NCBI GenBank assembly: GCA_040954595.2
Contig: CM082585.2
Location: forward strand, 1,952,902-2,016,901
DNA: 64,000 bases
Direction of reading: 5' to 3'
Source: Balanoglossus misakiensis
Lineage: Eukaryota; Animalia; Hemichordata
Below the pieces are notes generated by a model. That model did no database searches. It was given only the letters and a program-made list of their open reading frames with translations, and was not told the origin of the DNA. Position 1 is the first letter of the stretch; every line of letters begins with the position of its first letter. This document shows, piece by piece, positions 12,455 to 25,745 of this stretch. The translations under genes were made by a program, and so were the position numbers.

Positions 12455-15400
12455 TAGAAATGTCAAATTACAGTGCTTTTGGCCACGTATTAACCTGGGG
12501 ATTTACAATCAACTTTAAATCCACATATGCACCATATTCCAATGTCAATGTGAAGGGCTTGAAATACCATCTACCCTGATGCATCATCAAGTTTGTTTCG
12601 ACAACTTTAAATCCCCTTCAGCAAGCATTTTATACCCATGTCAAAGTGCAGAGCTTGCATCACCATCTATCCTGATGCATCATCAAGCTGCTTCGCCATT
12701 TGCCCTGATGCAAAGAATCAGATATAGTGTCACCATTGCATTAGCAATGTCAAATTACAGTGCTTTTGGCCAGGTATTAACCTGGGGATTTACAATCAAC
12801 TTTAAATCCCCATATGCACTATATTCCAATGTCAATGTGAAGGGCTTGAAATACCATCTACCCTGATGCATCATCAAGTTTGTTTCGACAACTTTAAATC
12901 CCCCTCAGCAAGCATTTTATACCCATGTCAAAGTGCAGAGCTTGCATCACCATCTATCCTGATGCATCATCAAGCTGCTTCGCCATTTGCCCTGATGCAA
13001 AGAATCAGATATAGTGTCACCATTGCATTAGCAATGTCAAATTACACTGCTTTTGGCCATGTATTAACATCGGGATTTATAATCAACTTGAAATCCCCAT
13101 ATGCTTTTTATACCCATGTCAAAGCGAAGTGTTTGCATCACTATCTACAGTAATGCATCGTCAAGCATGCTTCGCCATTTGCCGTAATGCAAAGAATCAG
13201 ATTCAATGTCACCATTGCATTCGCAATGTCAAATTACTGTGCTTTTGGCCACATATTAACCTGGCGATTTACAGTCAACTTTAAACATCAGTGCATATGC
13301 ATTAAATACACATGTCAAAGTGCAGTGTCTCCATCACCATTGATCCTGATGCATCATCAAGCATGCTTTGTTATATGCCCTGGTGCAAAGAATCAGATTT
13401 AGTATCACAGTAGCATTAGCCATGTCAAATTACAGTGCTTTTGGCTATGTATTAACCTAGGGATTTACACTCAACTTTAAATCCCCATATGCATTATATG
13501 CCAATGTCAATGTGAAGGGCTTGAAATACCATCTACCCTGATGCATCATCAAGTTTGTTTCGCCATTAACCCTGATGCAAATAATCAGTGTCACCATAGC
13601 ATTAGCAATGTCAATTTACTGAGCGTTTGGCCATGTATTAACTTGGGGGTTTACAATCAACTTTAAATCCCCATATGCATTATATTGCAATGTTAACTTG
13701 AACGGCTTGAAACACCATCTATACTGATGCATCATCAAGCTTTCTTTACAATTTACCCTGATGCAAAGAATCAGATTTAGTGTCGCCATAGCATTAGCAA
13801 TGGCAAATAAAAGTGTTTTCGGCCACATATTAACCCAGGGATTTATAATCAACTTGAAATCCCCATATGAATTTTATACCCATGTCAAAGCGAAGTGCTT
13901 GCATCAATATCTACCGTGATGCATCATCAAGCTTGCTTCGCCATTTGCCCTAATGCAAAGAATCAGATTCAATGTCACTGTAGCATTAGCAATGTCAAAT
14001 TACAGTTCGTTTGGCCGTATACTAACCTGGGGATTTACAATCAACTTTAAATCCCCATATGCATTATATTCTAATGTCAATGTGAAGGGCTTGAAACACC
14101 ATCTATCCTGATGCATCATCAAGCTTGCTTCACCATTTTCCCTGATGCAAAGAATCAGATTTAGTGTCACGGTAGCATTAGCAAATCCCCATATGCATTT
14201 AACACCCACGTCAAAGTGAAGTGTTTGCATCCCTATCTACCGTGATGCATCATCAAGCTTGCATCGCCATTTACCCTGATGCAAAGAATCAGATTCAATA
14301 TCATCGTTGCATTAGCAATGTCAAATTACAGTGCTTATGGCCACGTATTAACCTGGGAATTTACAGACAACTTTAAATACCCATGCATATGCATTAAATA
14401 CCTATGTCAAAGTGCAGAGCTTGCATCACCATCTATCCTGATGCATCATCAAGCTGCTTCGCCATTTGCCCTGATGCAAAGAATCACATTCAATGTCACC
14501 ATTGCATTAGCAATTTTAAATTACAGTGTTTTTGGCCATGTATTAACCTAGGGATTTGCAATTAACTTTAAATCCCCATATGCGTTATATTCCAATGTCA
14601 AGTGAAGGGCTTGAAACACCATCTATCCTGATGCATCATCAAGCTTGCTTCACAATTTACCCTGATGCAAAAAAATCACATTCAGCGTCACCATTTCATT
14701 AGCAATGTCAAATTACAGTGATTATGGCCACGTATTAACCTGGGGATTTACAATCAACTTTAAATCCCCATATGCGTTATATTCCAATGTCAATGTGAAG
14801 GGCTTGAAATACCATCTACCCTGATCCATCATCAAGCTGCTTCCCCATTTGCCCTGATGCAAAGAATCAGATATAATGTCAACATGGCATTAGCAATGTC
14901 AAATTACAGTGCTTTTGGACACGTATTAACACAGGGATTTATAATCTACTTGAAATCCCTATATGCTTTTTATACCCATGTCTAAGCGAAGTGTTTGCAT
15001 CACTATCTACTGTGATGCATCATCAAGCATGCTTCGCCATTTACGCTGATGCAAAGAATCAGATTCAATGTCACCATTGCATTAGCAATGTCAAATTACA
15101 GTGCTTTTGGCCATGTATAAACATCGGGATTTATTATCAACTTGAAATCCCCATATGCTTTTTATACCCATGTCAAAGCGAAGTGTTTGCATCACTATCT
15201 ACAGTAATGCATCGTCAAGCATGCTTCGCCATTTGCCCTAATGCAAAGAATCACATTAAATGTCACTGTTGCATTCGCAATGTCAAATTACTGTGCTTTT
15301 GGCCACATATTAACCTGGCGATTTACAGTCAACTTTAAATCCCCATATGCATTATATTCCAATGTCAATGTGAAGGGCTTGAAAAACCATCTACCCTGAT

Positions 15401-18400
15401 GCATCATCAAGTTTGTTTCGCCATTAACCCTGATGCAAATAATCAGTGTCACCATAGCATTAGCAATGGCAAATAAAAGTGCTTTCGGCCACATATTAAC
15501 CCAGGGATTTATAATCAACTTGAAATCCCCATATGAATTTTATACCTATGTCAAAGCGAAGTGCTTGCATCAATATCTACCGTGATGCATCATCAAGCTT
15601 GCTTCGCCATTTGCCCTAATGCAAAGAATCAGATTCAATGTCACTGTAGCATTAGCAATGTCAAATTACAGTTCGTTTGGCCGTTTACTAACCTGGGGAT
15701 TTACAATCAACTTTAAATCCCCATATGCATTATATTCTAATGTCAATGTGAAGGGCTTGAAACACCATCTATCCTGATGCATCATCAAGCTTGCTTCACC
15801 ATTTTCCCTGATGCAAAGAATCAGATTTAGTATCACGGTAGCATTAGCAATGTCAAATTACAGTGCCTATGGCCACGTATTAACCTCGGGATGTACGGAC
15901 AACTTTAAATACCCTTGCATATACATTTAATACCTATGTCAAAATGCAGAGCTTGCATCACCATCTACTCTGATGCACCATTAGGCTTGCTACGCCATTT
16001 CCCCTAATGCAAAGAATCACATTCAATGTCACCATTGCTTTTGGCCATGTATTAACCTGGGGATTTATAATCAACTTTAAATCCCCGTATGCGTTATATT
16101 CCAATGTCAATGTGAAGGGCTTGAAACCTGGGGATTTACAGTCAACTTTTAATCCCCCTGTATACATTTTAAACCCCGGTGTCAAAGTTTAGTGATTGCA
16201 TCATCATTGACCCTGGTGCATCATCAAGCATTCTTCAGAATTTGCCCTGATGCAAAGAATCAGATTCAATATCACCCTTGCATTAGCAATTTTAAATTAC
16301 AGTGCTTTTGGACATGTATTAACCTGGGGATTTACAGTCAACATTAAATACCCATGCATAGGCATTAAATACCTATGTCACAATGCATAGCTTGCATCAC
16401 CATCTACTCTGATGCACCATTATGCTCGCTACGCCATTTCCCCTAATGCAAAGAATGACATTCAATGTCACCATTGCATTTGCAATTGTAAATTACAGTG
16501 CTTTTGGCCATGTATTAACCTAGGGATTTTCAATCAACTTTAAATCCCCATATGCGTTATATTCCATTGTCAATGTGAAGGGCTTGAAACACCATCTGTC
16601 CTGATGCATCATCAAGCTTGCTTCACAATTTACCCCGATGGAAAGAATCAGATTTAATGTCACGGTAGCATTAGCAATGTCAAACTACAGTGCTTATGGC
16701 CACGTATCAACCTGGGGATTTACAATCAACTTTAAATCCCCATATGCGTTATATTCCAATGTCAATGTGAAGGGCTTGAAATACCATCTACCCTGATGCA
16801 TCATCAAGTTTGTTTTGACAACTTTAAATCCCCCTCAGCATGCATTTAATCCCCATGTCAAAGTGCAGAGCTTGCATCACCATCTATCCTGATGCATCAT
16901 CAAGCTGCTTCGCCATTTGCCCTGATGCAAAGAATCAGATATAGTGTCACCATTGCATAAGCAATGTCAAATTACAGTGCTTTTGGACACGTATTAACAC
17001 AGGGATTTATAATCTATTTGAAATCCCTATATGCTTTTTATACCCATGTCTAAGCGAAGTGTTTGCATCACTATCTACTGTGATGCATCGTCAAGCATGC
17101 TTCGCCATTTGCCTTAATGCAAAGAATCAGATTAAATGTCACTGTTGCATTCGCAATGTCAAATTACTGTGCTTTTGGCCACGTATTAACCTGGCGATTT
17201 ACAGTCAACTTTAAACATCTGTGCATATGCATTAAATACGCATGTCAAAGTGCAGTGTCTCCATCACCATTGATCCTGATGCATCACCAAGCATGCTTCG
17301 CTATATGCCCTGATGCAAAGAATCAGATTTAGTATCACAGTAGCATTAGCCATGTCAAATTACAGTGCTTTTGGCTATGTATTAACCTGGGGATTTACAA
17401 TCAACTTTAAATCCCCATATGCATTATATTCCAATGTCAATGTGAAGGGCTTGAAATACCATCTACCCTGATGCATCATCAAGTTTGTTTCGCCATTAAC
17501 CCTGATGCAAATAATCAGTGTCACCATAGCATCAGCAATGTCAAATTACTGAGCATTTGGCCATGTATTAACTTGCGGGTTTACAATCAACTTCAAATCC
17601 CCATATGCATTATATTGCAATGTTAACTTGAACGGCTTGAAACACCATCTATACTGATGCATCATCAAGCTTTCTTCACAATTTACCCTGATGCAAAGAA
17701 TCAGATTTAGTGTCGCCATAGCATTAGCAATGGCAAATAAAAGTGCTTTCGGCCACATATTAACCCAGGGATTTATAATCAACTTGAAATCCCTATATGA
17801 ATTTTATACCTATGTCAAAGCGAAGTGCTTGCATCAATATCTACCGTGATGCATCATCAAGCTTGCTTCGCCATTTGCCCTAATGCAAAGAATCAGATTC
17901 AATGTCACTGTTGCATTAGCAATGTCAAATTATAGTGCGTTTGGCCGTATACTAACCTGGGGATTTACAATCAACTTTAAATCCCCATATGCATTATATT
18001 CTAATATCAATGTGAAGGGCTTGAAACACCATCTATCATGATGCATCATCAAGCTTGCTTCACCATTTTCCCTGATGCAAAAAATCAGATTTAGTGTCAT
18101 GGTAGCATTAGCAAATCCCCATATGCATTTGATACCCATGTCAAAGTGAAGTGTTTGCATCACTATCTACCGTGATGCATCATCAAGCTTGCATCGCCAT
18201 TCACCCTTATGCAAAGAATCAGATTCAATGTCACCGTTGCATTAGCAATGTCAAATTACAGTGCTTATGGCCACGTATTAACCTGAGGATTTACAGTCAA
18301 CATTAAATACCCATGCATATCCATTAAATACCTATGTCAAAGTGCAGAGCTTGCATCACCATTTACTCTGATGCACCATTAGGCTTGCTACGCCATTTCC

Positions 18401-21400
18401 CCTAATGCAAAGAATCACATTCAATGTCACCATTGCATTAGCAATTTTAAATTACAGTGTTTTTGGCCATGTATTAACCTTTGGATTTGCAATTAACTTT
18501 AAATCCCCATATGCGTTATATTCCAATGTCAAGTGAAGGGCTTGAAACACCATCTATCCTGATGCATCATCAAGCTTGCTTCACAATTTACCCTGATGCA
18601 AAAAATCACATTCAGCGTCACCATTTCATTAGCAATGTCAAATTACAGTGCTTATTGCCACGTATTAACCTGGGAATTTACAGACAACTTTAAATACCCA
18701 TGCATATACATTAAATACCTATGTCAAAGTGCAGAGCTTGCATCACCATTTACTCTGATGCACCATTAGGCTTGCTACGCCATTTCCCCTAATGCAAAGA
18801 ATCACATTCAATGTCACCATTGCATTAGCAATTTTAAATTACAGTGTTTTTGGCCATGTATTAACCTATGGATTTGCAATTAACTTTAAATCCCCATATG
18901 CGTTATATTCCAATGTCAAGTGAAGGGCTTGAAACACCATCTATCCTGATGCATCATCAAGCTTGCTTTACAATTTACCCTGATGCAAAAAATCACATTC
19001 AGCGTCACCATTTCATTAGCAATGTCAAATTACAGTGCTTATTGCCACGTATTAACCTGGGAATTTACAGACAACTTTAAATACCCATGCATATACATTA
19101 AATACCTATGTCAAAGTGCAGAGCTTGCATCACCATCTACTCTGATGCATCATTAGGTTTGCATCGCCATTCCCCCTAATGCAAATAATCAGATTCAATG
19201 TCACCCTTGCATTAGCAATTTTAAATTACAGTGCTTTTGGACATGTATTAACCTAGGGATTTTCAATCAACTTTAAATCCCCATATGCGTTATATTCCAT
19301 TGTCAATGTGAAGGGCTTGAAACACCATCTGTCCTGATGCATCATCAAGCTTGCTTCACAATTTACCCCGATGGAAAGAATCAGATTTAATGTCACGGTA
19401 GCATTAGCAATGTCAAACTACAGTGCTTATGGCCACGTATCAACCTGGGGATTTACAATCAACTTTAAATCCCCATATGCGTTATATTCCAATGTCAATG
19501 TGAAGGGCTTGAAATACCATCTACCCTGATCCATCATCAAGCTGCTTCCCCATTTGCCCTGATGCAAAGAATCAGATATAGTGTCAACATTGCATTAGCA
19601 ATGTCAAATTACAGTGCTTTTGGACACGTATTAACACAGGGATTTATAATCTACTTGAAATCCCTATATGCTTTTTATACCCATGTCTAAGCGAAGTGTT
19701 TGCATCACTATCTACTGTGATGCATCATCAAGCATGCTTCGCCATTTACGCTGATGCAAAGAATCAGATTCAATGTCACCATTGCATTAGCAATGTCAAA
19801 TTACTGTGCTTTTGGCCATGTATAAACATCGGGATTTATAATCAACTTGAAATCCCCATATGCTTTTTATACCCATGTCAAAGCGAAGTGTTTGCATCAC
19901 TATCTACAGTAATGCATCGTCAAGCATGCTTCGCCATTTGCCCTAATGCAAAGAATCACATTAAATGTCACTGTTGCATTCGCAATGTCAAATTACTGTG
20001 CTTTTGGCCACGTATTAACCTGGCGATTTACAGTCAACTTTAAATCCCCATATGCATTATATTCCAATGTCAATGTGAAGGGCTTGAAAAACCATCTACC
20101 CTGATGCATCATCAAGTTTGTTTCGCCATTAACCCTGATGCAAATAATCAGTGTCACCATAGCATTAGCAATGGCAAATAAAAGTGCTTTCGGCCACATA
20201 TTAACCCAGGGATTTATAATCAACTTGAAATCCCCATATGAATTTTATACCTATGTCAAAGCGAAGTGCTTGCATCAATATCTACCGTGATGCATCATCA
20301 AGCTTGCTTCGCCATTTGCCCTAATGCAAAGAATCAGATTCAATGTCACCCTTGCATTAGCAATGTCAAATTACAGTTCGTTTGGCCGTATACTAACCTG
20401 GGGATTTACAATCAACTTTAAATCCCCATATGCATTATATTCTAATGTCAATGTGAAGGGCTTGAAACACCATCTATCCTGATGCATCATCAAGCTTGCT
20501 TCACCATTTTCCCTGATGCAAAGAATCAGATTTAGTATCACGGTAGCATTAGCAATGTCAAATTACAGTGCCTATGGCCACGTATTAACCTCGGGATGTA
20601 CGGACAACTTTAAATACCCTTGCATATACATTTAATACCTATGTCAAAATGCAGAGCTTGCATCACCATATACTCCAATGCATTATTAAGCTTGCTTCGC
20701 CATTTTCCCTGATGCAAAGAATCAGATTAAATGTCACCGTTGTATTAGCAATGTCAAATTAAAGTGCTTTTGGACTTGTATTAACCCAGGGATTTACAGT
20801 CAACTTTTAATCCCCCTGTATACATTTTAAACCCCGGTGTCAAAGTTTAGTGATTGCATCACCATTGACCCTGGTGCATCATCAAGCATTCTTCAGAATT
20901 TGCCCTGATGCAAAGAATCAGATTCAATGTCACCCTTGCATTAGCAATTTTAAATTACAGTGCTTTTGGACATGTATTAACCTAGGGATTTACAGTCAAC
21001 ATTAAATACCCATGCACATGCATTAAATACCTATGTCAAAATGCATAGCTTGCATCACCATCTACTCCAATGCATCATTAAGCTTGCTTAGCCATTTCCC
21101 CTAATGCAAAGAATTACATTCAATGTCACCATTTCATTAGCAATGTCAAATTACAGTGCTTTTGGATGCGTATTAACCCAAGGATTTGTAATCAACTTGA
21201 AATCCCCATATGCATTTAATACCCATGTCAAAGTGAACTGTTTGCATCACTATCTACCGTGATGCATCATCAAGCCTGCATCGCCATTTACCCTTATGCA
21301 TAGAATCAGATTCAATGTCACCGTTGCATTAGCAATGTCAAATAAAAGTGCTTTTGGCCATTATTAACCTAGGGATTTACAATCAACTTTAAATCCCCAT

Positions 21401-23550
21401 ATGCATTATATTCAAAAGTCAATGTGAAGGGCTTGGAACACCATCTATCCTGATGCATCATCACGTTTGCTTCACCATTTATCCATATTCAATGTCACCC
21501 TTGCATTAGTAATTTTAAATTACAGTGCTTTTGGCCATGTATTAACCTCGGGATTTAGAGTCAACTTTAAATATCAATGCGCATGCATTAAATACCCATG
21601 TCAAAGTGAAGTGTTTGCATCACTATCTACTGAGATGCATCATCAAGCTTGCATCGCCATTTACCCTGATGCAAAGACTCAGATTCAATATCATCGTTGC
21701 ATTAGCAATGTCAAATTACAGTGCTTATGGCCACGTATTAACCTGAGGATTTACAGTCAACATTAAATCCCCATATGCATTATATTCAAAAGTCAATGTG
21801 AAGGGCTTGGAACACCATCTATCCTGATGCATCATCACGTTTGCTTCACCATTTATCCATATTCAATGTCACCCTTGCATTAGTAATTTTAAATTACAGT
21901 GCTTTTGGCCATGTATTAACCTCGGGATTTAGAGTCAACTTTAAATATCAATGCGCATGCATTAAATACCCATGTCAAAGTGAAGTGTTTGCATCACTAT
22001 CTACTGAGATGCATCATCAAGCTTGCATCGCCATTTACCCTGATGCAAAGACTCAGATTCAATATCATCGTTGCATTAGCAATGTCAAATTACAGTGCTT
22101 ATGGCCACGTATTAACCTGAGGATTTACAGTCAACATTAAATACCCATGCATATGCATTAAATACCTATGTCAAAGTGCAGAGCTTGCATCACCATCTAC
22201 TCTGATGCACCATTAGGCTTGCTACGCCATTTCCCCTAATGCAAAGAATCACATTCAATGTCACCATTGCATTAGCAATTTTAAATTACAGTGCTTTTGG
22301 CCATGTATTAACCTGGGGATTTACAATCAACTTTAAATCCCCATATGCGTTATATTCCAAAGTCAATGTGAAGGGCTTGAAACACCATCTATCATGATAC
22401 ATCATCAAGCTTGCTTCACAATTTACCCTGATGCAAAGAATCAGATTTAGTATCACGGTAGCATTAGCAATGTCAAATTACAGTGATTATGGCCACGTAT
22501 TAACCTGGGGATTTACAGACAACTTTAAATACCCATGCATATACATTTAATACCTATGTCAAAATGCAGAGCTTGCATCACCATATACTCCGATGCATTA
22601 TTAAGCTTGCTTCACCATTTGCCCTGATGCAAAGAATCAGTTTAAATGTCACCGTTGTATTATCAATGTCAAATTACGGTGCTTTTGGACTTGTATTAAC
22701 CTGGGGATTTACAGTCAACTTTTAATCCCCCTGTATACATTTTAAACCCCGGTGTCAAAGTTTAGTGATTGCATCACCATTGACCCTGGTGCATCATCAA
22801 GCATTCTTCAGAATTTGCCCTGATGCAAAGAATCAGATTCAATATCACCCTTGCATTAGCAATTTTAAATTACAGTGCTTTTGGACATGTATTAACCTGG
22901 GGATTTACAGTCAACATTAAATACCCATGCATAGGCATTAAATACCTATGTCACAATGCATAGCTTACATCACCATCTACTCTGATGCACCATTATGCTC
23001 GCTACGCCATTTCCCCTAATGCAAAGAATGACATTCAATGTCACCATTGCATTTGCAATTGTAAATTACAGTGCTTTTGGCCATGTATTAACCTAGGGAT
23101 TTTCAATCAACTTTAAATCCCCATATGCGTTATATTCCATTGTCAATGTGAAGGGCTTGAAACACCATCTGTCCTGATGCATCATCAAGCTTGCTTCACA
23201 ATTTACCCTGATGCAAGAATCAGATTTAGTGTCACGGTAGCATTAGCAATGTCAAATTACAGTGCTTTTGGCCACGTATTAACCTGGGGATTTACAGTCA
23301 ACATTAAATACCCATGCACATGCATTAAATACCTATGTCAAAGTGAAGTGTTTGCATCACTATCTACCTGGCTGCATCATCAAGCTTGCATCGCCATTCC
23401 CCCTAATGCAAAGAATCAGATTCAATGTCATCGTTGCATTAGCAATGTCAAATAAAATTGCTTTTGGACACGTATTAACCCAGGGATTCCAGTCAACTTT
23501 TAGTATCCCTGTATGCATTTTAAACCCCGGTGTCAACGTTTAGTGATTAA
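12455..23550. repeat. Satellite array, ~192-196-bp monomer, ~58 copies, with multi-kb internal duplications
   Basis: GCAATGTCAAATTAC recurs at 14893, 15085 and 15277 (192 bp apart), with 191- and 196-bp variants. Duplicate ORF pairs are offset by 287, 374, 387, 3930 and 4705 bp. Confidence 0.97.
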
Positions 23551-23893
23551 CTTCTTTGCTATTTAAACATTACATTTTGAGTAAAAGGGGTGAAATGGGA
23601 TTAAAGTTTATAGTGACATATCGAAAAGAATCTATTTGAATTCGTTCATTTCTGAAATCATATCGAAAAGAATCTATTTCAATTCGTTCATATCTGAAAT
23701 ATGATAATACGAATATGCATGTTTTATTCGCCATATATGAACACCAATGAAAAGTTATGTTTCCAGCTTAGGTATCGGTGGATTTGAACCACCTGACATC
23801 AGAAGACGCCTCCAGAATACCTTTAAATTGGTTGCATAATTTTCATGTGAATGTTCATAATATAGCGAGTGATTAATCCCTAATTTATTGTTT

Positions 23894-23927
23894 TGGGGGG
23901 GGGGGGGGTGGGGGTGGGGGGGGGGGG
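23894..23927 (+). repeat. Poly-G / G-quadruplex-prone tract
   Basis: Long G-runs interrupted by single T residues. Confidence 0.7.
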
Positions 23928-24316
23928 AGTTCAAGTAGCATATCTTGCAGGCCAATTTGAAACAATGTGTCATGTGGTTAAACTGAAAGAAATTAACCAA
24001 TATAGTTTCAGCTCTTTTTGAAACAAGGTGTCATTTGGTTGAACAATGGGCCAGTCAAAATAGCATCTGCTAATTATGCACACAATAGTGTGATGGGTTA
24101 GTGGGTTAAGTTTACTTTTACCTTAGCGTTATATAACACACTATCGTGTACATAATCTCGCAGAGCTCATTCACAATTGTTTTAAAATAAAGCAAGATAA
24201 CTACATGTATGATAACACACATCTAATTTACGCGCCTAAAGGGCAGTTAAAAAACCTCATACCAATTACAAAAGAGGGAAAAAAAACTGTCCTCTCCTCC
24301 TCTCACCCCATGATCT

Positions 24317-25035
24317 AAGCTAAATTTGGAATTTGGATGGGGTGGGGAGGTTAAGCTAACCTAACATTGTGCTAACATTTTCTGCCTGTCTGTCGCGTAC
24401 AATGTGTCGATGCGCGAATACAATCACGGGTACCGTTGCGAGAAATTCCACCGAATAACGATGCTGACGAGTATTATCTATCTGAGAAATAATAGCATGT
24501 TATTCATAAAATATACACATTAACCAATGAATGAACCAACATGATTATTAGACCTTGGACACTTATTTAACATTTTATCATTATTATACCTCTGTCATCA
24601 TCATCAATATTAACACCCTTTTTATACTTAATATCACCATAAGCCATCACCACAATTATTAATCGTTATTATACCCTTGCACAATTGTTACCCTTATTAA
24701 ACCCGACACAGTTATTACTATTATTATACCCTTCTCATTCATATACCCATTATAACCTGTGTACACAAGCCATCATCATATTATAAACCCGTTATACCTT
24801 TATACCACATTTGTTACCCTAATATTATTCCCTTCATACAAGCAACCGTTGTTACCCCTTTATAACCTGTGTACACTCAAATTTTACCATAAAACCATCA
24901 TCACATTTGTAACCCTTTTATTAAACCAAATTCAAATTTGTTCACCGTTATTATACCATACACATTTCGGAACCTATTATCATACCCTGCACAAAGCCAT
25001 TGCTGTTAACCTAATTTTAAAACAAGTAATCACTA
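24317..25035 (+). repeat. ~650-700-bp dispersed direct repeat, copy 2
   Basis: Colinear with 8536-9170. Confidence 0.8.
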
Positions 25036-25147
25036 CCAATTATTAACCCGATTTATTGGACTATTAAGTTTTATATTACGATCACCTCGTTTTGTACGTC
25101 TATATTACTCTATCTTATAATTTTGGTCAATAGGATATTATGTTGAA

Positions 25148-25745
25148 ACTCCACTTCTCCATTCTTCCACTTCTCCATCCTTTAGGTTGACGCTCCATCC
25201 ATCCATCCATCAAAGTTTATATTAGTAGGTTGACTATGGTTGACTCTCCGCTCCATCCTCCCATCAAATTTTACGTTAGTTGGTTGATTATGGTGTTACC
25301 AGTGTGCCCTACAGGAAAGAAAAAGAGGAAAAAACAGAGAAAAAAACTCCACTTCTCCATCCTTCCACTTCTCCATCCTTTAAGTTGACGCTCCGCGGCA
25401 CCATCCATCCATCAAAGTTTATATTTTAGTAAGTTGACTATGGTTGACGCTCCGCTCCATCCATCCATCAAAGTTTATATTAGTAGGTTGACTATGGTTG
25501 ACGCTCCGCTCCATTCATCCATCAAAGTTTATATTAGTAGGTTGACTATGGTTGACGCTCCCCTCCATCCATCCATCAAAGTTTATATTAGTAGGTTGAC
25601 TATGGTTGACACTCCGCTCCATCCATCCATCAAATTTTACGTTAGTAGGTTGATTATGGTGTTACCATTGGGGCCTACAGGGAAAAAAAGAAAAAAAAGA
25701 GAAAAGAAGAGAAAAAAAGAAAGAAAGAAAGAAAGAGAGAGAGAA
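25148..25745. repeat. 54-bp minisatellite plus purine-rich tract
   Basis: Unit CTATGGTTGACGCTCCGCTCCATCCATCCATCAAAGTTTATATTAGTAGGTTGA (18-aa periodicity in ORF 25434). The block is itself duplicated (25148 and 25346). Confidence 0.9.

Noticed and set aside
12579-23543. Many 60-115-aa ORFs in the 192-bp satellite
   Set aside because: Chance open frames of a tandem repeat, broken by stops and indels between copies.
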